Shown here: positions 1 through 7,742 of the stretch, one piece after another
Layout of the letters: each line of letters starts with the position of its first letter
How positions within the stretch are numbered: the stretch's first letter is position 1
IMG/VR virus record: IMGVR_UViG_3300044676_006175
Location: 1 to 37,089 of that record
Reading direction: 5' to 3' (one strand)
Source of the DNA: a virus
Taxonomy: Duplodnaviria; Caudoviricetes
Length of the DNA: 37,089 bases
The notes under the pieces: model-generated
Database searches by the model: none
What the model was told of the DNA's origin: nothing
The model's input: only the letters and a program-made list of their open reading frames with translations
Program-made: the position numbers and the translations under genes

Positions 1-619
1 GGATAAAGAAAGGGATTGTTCTATTATGGGGTGGTGCGCAAAAAAAGGATACGGAGGTGATGTATCTAAGTGGTATATTCAAACTAACCCTGATCTGAAA
101 ATGACCAAAAAGAAGGTCTTTTTTAAATTACCAGGTATCTTACAAGCGGTAGAAGCAAAATCTCTTTTAGATGAAATAGATGAAAAGCATAAACCTGCTT
201 TAGCAATCATGCTATTTACTGGAATAAGGCCAGAGATGGAGATGGCTACATTAAGATACTCAGACATCCGATGGGGCAAATCTATAGGACTAAAAGCAGA
301 GCATACTAAAACAGGCAGAGAGCGATGGATAAAGCCACCCGAGAACTTGTGGTCATGGGTGCCAAAGTCTAAGGGTTTGGTTATGCCTTCGTATAACGCA
401 TTAAACTTAGCAAGAAGGTGGGCATCTCGAAGGGTAGGGTTCAAGTATCCACCCAATGGTGCTAGGCATTCATTTGGTAGTTATGGATATTGGGTAAGCT
501 TTGAGTGGGCATTGGATACTATGGGGCATATGTCATCAGAGACTTTCCTAAAGAACTATAAGAATAATCGAGTAGATAAAGATATGGCATCTGAGTACTT
601 CAGGATATTTAGCGCATAA
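1..619 (+). CDS. int: Tyrosine recombinase/integrase, catalytic domain (5' end probably outside window)
   Basis: Catalytic motifs in order: LFTGIRPE (R), HTKTGRER (K), NGARHSFGSY (H-x-x-R with N in place of H), MGH, and KNY (Tyr nucleophile). The frame is open from position 2; the ORF track starts it at ATG 26. Confidence 0.9.
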   Translation, partial: DKERDCSIMGWCAKKGYGGDVSKWYIQTNPDLKMTKKKVFFKLPGILQAVEAKSLLDEIDEKHKPALAIMLFTGIRPEMEMATLRYSDIRWGKSIGLKAEHTKTGRERWIKPPENLWSWVPKSKGLVMPSYNALNLARRWASRRVGFKYPPNGARHSFGSYGYWVSFEWALDTMGHMSSETFLKNYKNNRVDKDMASEYFRIFSA

Positions 620-638
620 CACGAAGTTTCGTGTTGCA
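615..638. promoter_or_regulatory. Palindromic box 1 (CATAACACG-AAGTTT-CGTGTTGCA)
   Basis: Contains the perfect inverted repeat AACACGAA/TTCGTGTT (618-635). Overlaps the integrase stop and the TTGCAT -35-like hexamer (634-639). Confidence 0.7.
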
Positions 639-662
639 TTATCAAGGTTTGTTTTTTAATTC
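634..662 (+). promoter_or_regulatory. Possible sigma70-like leaderless promoter
   Basis: TTGCAT-17nt-TAATTC, with ATG 669 six nt after the -10. The -10 match is weak. Confidence 0.4.
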
Positions 663-668
663 TAAAAC

Positions 669-896
669 ATGGAGGATGGCAAAGTTAAAAAAATAAAGTC
701 TGAGGCGTTTGATGCATTTGAGAGGGTGCGTCCTATACTTGAGGAATATTTAGATTCGTGGGTTCTGACAGGCGTCCGTGCGGGATGTAAAACCAAGATA
801 ATCTTGGCAGACATTGAGAAAGGTTCTGCCGAAATGAAGGAGCAACTCGCATATGCCCAACAATGGAAAGAAAAGCCCGTGGGAAATTCTAACTAA
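669..896 (+). CDS. Hypothetical protein (75 aa)
   Basis: ATG ORF directly after the promoter-like gap and overlapping the next gene; no recognisable motif. Confidence 0.7.
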   Translation: MEDGKVKKIKSEAFDAFERVRPILEEYLDSWVLTGVRAGCKTKIILADIEKGSAEMKEQLAYAQQWKEKPVGNSN

Positions 897-1236
897 TTAT
901 CCCCCTGTATTTGTAAGACTATACGCAAAGGAACGCTCAGGTGCTAGAATGCACAGGGCGTTGAGCGACCAAGAGGTTGCTATTAGGGGGAACCTGCCTG
1001 CTGATGTGGTTAGGAGGCTCTCACGAATGACAACATGGGATAATGTTACCGTGGGCGACGCGCACAAGTTCTGTATAGGCTGCAACTTCGACCCATTTAA
1101 CTATCTGGATAGGAATAGAATATCTGCGTACTCAAAGCGTTGTAGTTGGGCGTTTCTAAGGAGGAGCGACCACTGGGACACAACATTCCTTCCTTTGATT
1201 AAAATATTTCAAGATGCCCAGAACACACAAAATTAA
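853..1236 (+). CDS. Putative XRE/Cro-like helix-turn-helix DNA-binding protein
   Basis: LSDQEVAIRGNLPADVVRRLSRMTTWDNVTVGDAHKFCIGCNFDP follows the Cro/C1-type pattern (S-x-x-E-x-A...LS...T-x-x-x-x-x-K-x-C...P). Confidence 0.55.
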   Translation: MPNNGKKSPWEILTNYPPVFVRLYAKERSGARMHRALSDQEVAIRGNLPADVVRRLSRMTTWDNVTVGDAHKFCIGCNFDPFNYLDRNRISAYSKRCSWAFLRRSDHWDTTFLPLIKIFQDAQNTQN

Positions 1237-1885
1237 AACAGATGTTTTGGCGGCCGCTCTAAAGGAGTATGACGGAGACTACTCCAAGGTTGCTGAACAT
1301 TTCGGTACAAGCGCAAAGAAGATCAGGGAAAGGGTATACCACGATCCTCAATTATACGCAGTATGGGTAAAGAATGGGGTAAAGGATGTAAAGCCAGATG
1401 GTATAGATCTCATGGAGCGCCAACATGAGTTCGATGACGAGAAGGGAACCCGATTACTCGATGCTTTAGATAAGAATAGTAGGTATGTGTTTAATAACGA
1501 ACTAGAGGGCATACTTTCAAATAAGGATAATGTAGAAAAGCTGCAGATATTTAAGGACTTCGATGACTCTGTGGGACTACTAATGGCGGAGGCTCTGCGT
1601 GTTACGCAGAAGGTAAATATCCGTCAGAATATGAGCTTATTTGAGGTAACAGAGGCACTGAAGGATGCACTTGATGGTGATGAAATGGACCCCGAAGAGA
1701 GAATACTTCAAACTAGATTATTTCTCCAAGCAACAGAGCAGCAGGGAAAGTTTTATGACCGACTATTGAAAGGCCTGGAGTTCCAGCTTAAGTTAGCCAA
1801 CGAGAAGGATAAGAGAGAAACCAAGAAGAAGCCAGGATTCCGACCACTCAAAGAACTACAGGATGCCAAGGAAGAAAAAAACTAA
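1214..1885 (+). CDS. Putative terminase small subunit
   Basis: N-terminal HTH (ALKEYDGDYSKVAEHFGTSAKKIRERV), helical body and basic tail; immediately upstream of and overlapping TerL. Confidence 0.6.
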   Translation: MPRTHKIKTDVLAAALKEYDGDYSKVAEHFGTSAKKIRERVYHDPQLYAVWVKNGVKDVKPDGIDLMERQHEFDDEKGTRLLDALDKNSRYVFNNELEGILSNKDNVEKLQIFKDFDDSVGLLMAEALRVTQKVNIRQNMSLFEVTEALKDALDGDEMDPEERILQTRLFLQATEQQGKFYDRLLKGLEFQLKLANEKDKRETKKKPGFRPLKELQDAKEEKN

Positions 1886-3407
1886 GGTCGACCATAAGAT
1901 ACTGCTGGAGAAGTTTGCTCCAGAAGTAGAAACCCTAGACCAGAAGGATACTGAGCCATGGATGCCATCATTGACTATCACGCAAAGAAAAATTTTTGAT
2001 GATCCCTCTAATTACATCCTTGCATACGGGGAGAGGGGTTCCGGGAAAACATACTCACTAGGCGGGCACAAGCTTGTTCGGCATTGCTATGAAAACTTCA
2101 ATGCCTTGGCATTAATAATCGTTGGTGTGCGATCACAGGCAACCATGGGGGGTGTGTGGCATAAACTGCAAGTTGAGATACTTCCGGAGTGGGTTGATGG
2201 GATTGGTTTATCTCATACTGTTGAGAGACAGGATACTCAAAAGAACTTATATATAGATATAGAGAATCGATTCGGTGGTCATTCCAGAATATGCTTAATA
2301 TCAATTCCCTATGGTTCTTTTATTAAGGATCGAATTAAAGGTTTTGAGCCCAGCTTGATATTTGTGGATGAGCTTACCAACTTGGATACAGACGATTACT
2401 TTAATGCGGTTGTTCAGCAGTTAGGTAGGCGACAAGGCATACATGGACCGCAACAGTATTTAGCAGCCTGCAACCCCGATGGCCCAAGCCACTGGGTATA
2501 TAAGAGATTCTTTGAGGATCCCTATGACGATGACGGCAACTGGAATAAAGACTATGCGGTTTATCATGTAAAAATTGAGGATAATATAGATAACCTACCA
2601 AAGGGTTACTACGACCGGATTCAGGAGGCAGTTAAGTCCGATCCGATCGAGGAAGCCAGGATGGTGAGGGGGGAATGGATAGATAGACCAGCTGGAAATG
2701 CTATATTTGGTCCCTACTTTAATAAGTCGTTGCATATCCGTGGGGACAATAAGAAGGGCATACTTCCTAATAAGAATTACCCAATAGTCGTAGGATGGGA
2801 CCCCGGTTCTGTGAACAATGCAATAATCTTCATGCAAACACTACCTGGTTCAGATAAGACTGTATGGACTATATTTGATGAGTTTGTAACTATAAATAAA
2901 AAGTTACCATATACCACACTCATTCCATTGGTTATGAGGAAGATGGCATACTGGAATAGGATGTGCGGGCATAAATTTAATTATATACATATAAGTGATA
3001 ACTCGGCATTTAATCAGTTCCGTGCCAAAACTGGATCGTACGATGTTAAGGATATAGAAGAGATATCAAGGCAAAAGGCAGAGGTATTTAAAATGAGCCC
3101 GATCCGCATGAGGGCGGCACCTAAGTTTAATGGCTCAGTTGAGGCTAGGGTAAGACTCACTATAGCCAAGTTACAAACAGAGCAGCTTCTAGTTTCATAC
3201 CAATGCACGAACATAAAGAAGATGTTTCAGAATTTAATATCTGAGAAACCAGGTAAAACATACGACCCAAATATTGCATTTAAACCAAAGAGGTCAGTAT
3301 ATATTCATGCCTTCGATGCTATGTCCTATGTCATTATCTATTATGACTCAATGCACTTAGGGAATAACCCTGAGCCGAAGACTGAAATCATGGACATTGG
3401 GTCTTGA
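1863..3407 (+). CDS. terL: Terminase large subunit
   Basis: Walker A GERGSGKT, Walker B LIFVDE, coupling motif ACNP, RNase H-like nuclease VGWDPG and C-terminal HAFDAMSY. Confidence 0.95.
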   Translation: MPRKKKTKVDHKILLEKFAPEVETLDQKDTEPWMPSLTITQRKIFDDPSNYILAYGERGSGKTYSLGGHKLVRHCYENFNALALIIVGVRSQATMGGVWHKLQVEILPEWVDGIGLSHTVERQDTQKNLYIDIENRFGGHSRICLISIPYGSFIKDRIKGFEPSLIFVDELTNLDTDDYFNAVVQQLGRRQGIHGPQQYLAACNPDGPSHWVYKRFFEDPYDDDGNWNKDYAVYHVKIEDNIDNLPKGYYDRIQEAVKSDPIEEARMVRGEWIDRPAGNAIFGPYFNKSLHIRGDNKKGILPNKNYPIVVGWDPGSVNNAIIFMQTLPGSDKTVWTIFDEFVTINKKLPYTTLIPLVMRKMAYWNRMCGHKFNYIHISDNSAFNQFRAKTGSYDVKDIEEISRQKAEVFKMSPIRMRAAPKFNGSVEARVRLTIAKLQTEQLLVSYQCTNIKKMFQNLISEKPGKTYDPNIAFKPKRSVYIHAFDAMSYVIIYYDSMHLGNNPEPKTEIMDIGS

Positions 3408-3436
3408 CTTTTTGTAACACTAAAACAAAAGTAACA
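3404..3436 (+). promoter_or_regulatory. Promoter-like element with palindromic box 2 (TGTAACACT-AAAACA-AAAGTAACA, 3413-3436)
   Basis: TTGACT(3404)-17nt-AAAAGT(3427), with ATG 3439 six nt later. The box fills the spacer and the -10. Confidence 0.6.
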
Positions 3437-3438
3437 GC

Positions 3439-3693
3439 ATGCATATGGAATCCATAACAAACTTCGACCTGGAGATGTATCCGGACATTTTAGAGATGCT
3501 CGATGGGGTTAAAGTAGGGGATGTGGTGCGTATCTCAGGCTCTTTCCAGGTTAAAGAGTTGTCCGATAAGCGCTTCACAGCTTCCTTTGACGACAGTGAC
3601 GCAGATATCAGTATCGTAAATACGAGTGAAGACTCCGAGGACGAAGAAGATACAGACGACGAAGAGCCCGAGACTGAAGAAGCTGCCGGGTGA
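3439..3693 (+). CDS. Small acidic protein (beta-rich N-terminus, D/E-rich tail)
   Basis: VKVGDVVRISGSFQV beta motif followed by EDSEDEEDTDDEEPETEE. Confidence 0.7.
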   Translation: MHMESITNFDLEMYPDILEMLDGVKVGDVVRISGSFQVKELSDKRFTASFDDSDADISIVNTSEDSEDEEDTDDEEPETEEAAG

Positions 3694-3724
3694 TTCGCAA
3701 TATACGACATCTGCTTCTATCATT

Positions 3725-3988
3725 ATGGACGCGCATTATGCACGTCTGGGTATCAAGAAGAGGTGGAACAAAGAAAGGGTAGATCGTTTATGTGGGTTTC
3801 TAAGAATGAATTACGGGGAAATAGCAAGTCTGCTGCATATGCCACATGCGGATTTTGTGAAGAAGATAGTATCCCCCAAGCCGTTTGAAGGCCCACTATG
3901 CTTACTCCTTACCATCGTCGAAAGAAGATATCTACATAACTACACTAAGGACACGATAGACAACTTATTTAATTTTACCGATGGTTAA
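3725..3988 (+). CDS. Putative XRE-type HTH protein (start uncertain; frame open from 3626)
   Basis: VDRLCGFLRMNYGEIASLLHMPHADFVKKIVSPKPFEGPLCLLLTIVE resembles the XRE/MqsA-type HTH ending in P-x-G-P-x-x-x-L-L. Confidence 0.5.
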   Translation: MDAHYARLGIKKRWNKERVDRLCGFLRMNYGEIASLLHMPHADFVKKIVSPKPFEGPLCLLLTIVERRYLHNYTKDTIDNLFNFTDG

Positions 3989-6245
3989 TAAGGATATACT
4001 CAGAAAGTTCGGATGCACTCAAGAGAGGCTCCGTGAAATTTTTACTTCTACGGAGGGTGAAGACCTAGTTACCCGTCAAAAGTTCCAGGATATAATTCAG
4101 TCCAGGATACTTGAGGGTATTCGCTCATGTGCCGAGCATGCAAAGTTGTACATGAGTGTTGATATGGCATGGGATTCATTGCCGATCAATAAATCCACAA
4201 TTCCGTTATTACAGTATGCACAAGGGAAAATTGACTTAGATCAGTGCCATAATAAGCTTAGTGACCTAGGTGTTGCGGATAAATTCTGCGAGTATGACGA
4301 CGAAGGTGGTTTAAAGAATATAAACGCACTTAGGTTATATGAGGTTTCAGTTAATATTATTAGGTCTTACGTTACTCGGCGTGTGGCTGCACAAGCTAGT
4401 CGATTCTGCAATCTCTTTCCATACTTCAAGTACGAGCCGAGAAGCACCGCACTCGCAGACAAATTAAGAGCAGATGTGCTTTCTCAGCGGGTTGAGATCA
4501 TGTCTGAGCAGTTCGGGTACAGGCATCAATTCGAGCAAATCGTAAGACATATGTTCATGTATGGTCACTCTGTGGCATTCCCGGAAACATCATGGACGGA
4601 GGACATTCAGTGGAGGTACGCCGCGGACGATCTTACAGGCACCGAAGATTTAGAATCTTATGCAGAAAAGGCTGGTGTTCAGTTTACCACACCTCACCCA
4701 ACTCGCGTGCTCAGGGACATATCGCGTCCATTACATGACATAAATAACAACCAGGGACCCGAGTGGATAGGGTACTGGGATATTGTTAGGTATGGAGATA
4801 TTAATAAAAACCCTGCGACATGGAACTCAGATAAGATCAGTTTCACGAATAGTCTTTCATCAATATACAATACATACGCTGACTTCTTTGGTTACTACTT
4901 TAAAGATGATGTGACCTTTCCAAAGGTGGGAGATATGTTCTCAATGCGTAACGAGCGTACCGCCCAGACTGGTCTTTATGCCTCTGAGGACGAAGATAAG
5001 GGCATGTTTGTCACTCAAATGTACATGCGGGTAAATCCAAAGCGTGACCGATTAGGTGATTACCCTCACGATGTTTGGCTTAAACTAACTGTAGCTAGTG
5101 ACGAGACAGTACTCTATGCGGAGTATCTCCCATCGTTACCTGCCGTATATGGTGGTATAAATGAGAACGATGATCGCATGGCGAATATATCAGTCGCACA
5201 TGAAATCATGCCATACCAAGACCAGTTGACCAATATCTTAAACTCCATGCTCGAGCAGATGAAGATGAGTATGTTCAAGATATTCGCCATAGACCAAGAC
5301 GCACTGGACGACGATGTTAAGGAATATATCAAGAACGCACTAGCGGACGATAGCTTCTACGCTAAGCCAAAGGCACTATTCTATTCTGGTCAAAAGGCAG
5401 CCGACCTAGGAATCAATAGTAGCGATTTCATCAAAGTCGTGGATGTGCAGAGAGAACTTTCCGCAGGGATTAATCAATCAATCCAAGCGATCCTCCAACT
5501 ATTAAATCTCGTAGAGCGTTTGCTGATCCTTTCTCCGCAAGAGTTGGGACAGCCCGCTCCACGGGAGATTAGTGCTACTGAGGTGGCGGAAATTGCTAAT
5601 ACCACAAATAGTATATATTCCTTTATATCCGAGGGTGTGGATGACATGCGATCTGCCATGAAGAAGGTGATTTATGAGCATCTAGTAAGTTGCTCAGATG
5701 ACACCTTTATTGTTCCCGTTAAGGGCAGGTATTCTGAGCAAGTGATTAGAGATGCAGGTTTTGAGGTAGAGACTGCAGGTGAACCAAATGCCGCAAAAAG
5801 GAATGTAATAGGTAAGCCATCATCTCTTGTATATGAATACTTATTTAGCGCCCGCGATGGAGCAGAGAGAGCTAGAGACACTCAGTCGGCACAAGTGCTT
5901 GGTCAACTTCTGATGCAATTACTGCAGGTGCCAGATATGGCAAAAGCCCTTGGCAGGGAGCGTGTATTCAATATGTTCAATGAGATATTCCGCATGTCTG
6001 GTGCCCACGACCTAAAGCTAGAGACGGATGAGGCAGACGAGCAAGAAGAACTTGCAAGTGTAGGTAACGAACAATTTATTTCTCAACTTAGAGAACAATG
6101 GCCCCAAGTTCTCCAGATGATTGAAGCTTTAGTACAAAAAGAGCAGCAGGGACAACAAATGCAAGGCGAACCAGGATCTCGCCCTGCACCCCCGCAGGCT
6201 GAACAACAAGCAATGACATCACCAGAACAACAAGTCCAAATATGA
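3981..6245 (+). CDS. Portal protein
   Basis: 754 aa, positioned after TerL. SATEV-like motif (REISATEVAEI), PYQDQLTNILNSMLEQ helix and Q-rich C-terminus, as in podovirus-type portals. Confidence 0.8.
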   Translation: MVNKDILRKFGCTQERLREIFTSTEGEDLVTRQKFQDIIQSRILEGIRSCAEHAKLYMSVDMAWDSLPINKSTIPLLQYAQGKIDLDQCHNKLSDLGVADKFCEYDDEGGLKNINALRLYEVSVNIIRSYVTRRVAAQASRFCNLFPYFKYEPRSTALADKLRADVLSQRVEIMSEQFGYRHQFEQIVRHMFMYGHSVAFPETSWTEDIQWRYAADDLTGTEDLESYAEKAGVQFTTPHPTRVLRDISRPLHDINNNQGPEWIGYWDIVRYGDINKNPATWNSDKISFTNSLSSIYNTYADFFGYYFKDDVTFPKVGDMFSMRNERTAQTGLYASEDEDKGMFVTQMYMRVNPKRDRLGDYPHDVWLKLTVASDETVLYAEYLPSLPAVYGGINENDDRMANISVAHEIMPYQDQLTNILNSMLEQMKMSMFKIFAIDQDALDDDVKEYIKNALADDSFYAKPKALFYSGQKAADLGINSSDFIKVVDVQRELSAGINQSIQAILQLLNLVERLLILSPQELGQPAPREISATEVAEIANTTNSIYSFISEGVDDMRSAMKKVIYEHLVSCSDDTFIVPVKGRYSEQVIRDAGFEVETAGEPNAAKRNVIGKPSSLVYEYLFSARDGAERARDTQSAQVLGQLLMQLLQVPDMAKALGRERVFNMFNEIFRMSGAHDLKLETDEADEQEELASVGNEQFISQLREQWPQVLQMIEALVQKEQQGQQMQGEPGSRPAPPQAEQQAMTSPEQQVQI

Positions 6246-7585
6246 GCGAAGAAACCGCAGAACAAGTAGAAACCGCAGAAGAAGCACCAAAACAAGAACA
6301 ATCCAATCCATTATACAGGACTCTGTTTGATATTGCAGAGGAGGTTACGGAAGAGGTTGAACAGGAAAATCAAGGGGAGGTAAGGAATCTTTCAGATGCG
6401 GTAGATGCCGAAGAAGAAAAGGTTGTAGAGGAAGATGTACAGGAAGAGGCGAAGGCACCTGAGAAAAAAGAGCCCAAGAAGAAGAAACTCAGGAAGGTTA
6501 TAGACCCTGATATTCCAGAAGATGTAAGAAAGCAGCCAGCTTTCCAGGAGTCAAATCAAGAGCCAGATTTGGTAGACGACGAGGAGAGGGAGTTTATAGA
6601 CACCCTCATCCCGGAAGAGCAGGTCGTTTACGAAAAGATTTTATATGCTGATAAAAAATTAGGTGGTGATTACAAGGGTAAGTCAACCCAGTTCAAATCA
6701 TTCCTTAAGAAGAGTAAGGAGTATATAGACAAAAAAATGAACGAAGATGACTTCTATGATCCTTCTCAAGACGATCAGTATTCTCAGTTCATCCAGAAAA
6801 ATAGGCCTAAATTTACACGGGCTGACGAAGATAAGGTACACAGGGAGATGATTCTGGAGGAAGCGGATAAAAGAAGCTCCAGAAAAAATAATGACCGAAT
6901 CGCAAACCTAGAGCGTCAGCTACAGAAGTATGAGGTACAGCCAAAAGTTGCTAGCGCTAAGGCAAACTTCAGGAAGGTTGCTCAAGAAGCAATCATACCA
7001 GAAGATTATAAAAAGTTATTAGGCGAGGGAAGCCAAGAGCAGATAGAGAAATTTGCAAATGAAAATCCATTCGAGTATCAGATACTGGAAGGATTTACAC
7101 AGCAGTTACTCACCTACAGTGATGCCCTAACTGATATATTCTTAGACCCAAGCACTCAGTTAGATATTGAGAGTAATCCGATCCACAAAGATTTAAATCA
7201 ATGGATTGAGAGGGAACAGGAGACTTACATACAATCGGGACAGACTCAGCAGGATGGAAAAATATTTATGAGGAGGGAGCGTTACTACGCACTGCCTCAA
7301 GATAAGAGAAGTGAGTACTATACCTGGTCCGATAATGACATAATGAAGATACTTGCAATTAGGTATCGAGGTTTGGTGAATGACGCCCTTGCGCAGCAAA
7401 AAACCAAGCTTGAAAACGCAGGTTATCAGAAGACCGGAGCTCCGGCACCAGCTCCTAGGCCCATCGAAGGGTCAAGGCCAAGACCGCCCTCCGTACCATC
7501 TACTCCTCGCCAAGGGAATACTGTAGACGCAAAGCCTGCTAATCCAAAGCAGCAAAATGCATTACTCAGTTCATTAGGTTTGTAG
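6242..7585 (+). CDS. Capsid scaffolding protein (putative)
   Basis: E-rich N-terminus, coiled-coil middle and Pro-rich C-terminus; lies between portal and capsid gene, with an ATGA overlap with the portal. Confidence 0.65.
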   Translation: MSEETAEQVETAEEAPKQEQSNPLYRTLFDIAEEVTEEVEQENQGEVRNLSDAVDAEEEKVVEEDVQEEAKAPEKKEPKKKKLRKVIDPDIPEDVRKQPAFQESNQEPDLVDDEEREFIDTLIPEEQVVYEKILYADKKLGGDYKGKSTQFKSFLKKSKEYIDKKMNEDDFYDPSQDDQYSQFIQKNRPKFTRADEDKVHREMILEEADKRSSRKNNDRIANLERQLQKYEVQPKVASAKANFRKVAQEAIIPEDYKKLLGEGSQEQIEKFANENPFEYQILEGFTQQLLTYSDALTDIFLDPSTQLDIESNPIHKDLNQWIEREQETYIQSGQTQQDGKIFMRRERYYALPQDKRSEYYTWSDNDIMKILAIRYRGLVNDALAQQKTKLENAGYQKTGAPAPAPRPIEGSRPRPPSVPSTPRQGNTVDAKPANPKQQNALLSSLGL

Positions 7586-7603
7586 ATCCAAAAACATAGT
7601 TTT

Positions 7604-7639
7604 AGGTTTTCGGTAATGAGTTTGCCAAAACCTTATTTT
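7604..7639 (+). terminator. Hairpin / possible intrinsic terminator after scaffold gene
   Basis: AGGTTTT-C-GGTAA [TGAGT] TTGCC-AAAACCT followed by TATTTT. Confidence 0.45.
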
Positions 7640-7660
7640 AGGGAAAATTTAGGGAAAATT
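7637..7660. repeat. Tandem 11-bp direct repeat TTTAGGGAAAA x2
   Basis: Exact copies at 7637-7647 and 7648-7658. Confidence 0.85.
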
Positions 7661-7689
7661 CACTTATTCGGCAGATGAGATAGCTTTTC

Positions 7690-7727
7690 TGTTATTATTA
7701 AGGTGTAACACGATATTTCGTATAACA
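7690..7727 (+). promoter_or_regulatory. Extended -10 promoter and palindromic box 3 (TGTAACACG-ATATTT-CGTATAACA, 7704-7727)
   Basis: TGtTATTAT at 7690-7698; the box covers the predicted start site upstream of the capsid gene. Confidence 0.65.
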
Positions 7728-7742
7728 CTAACATAACATAAT

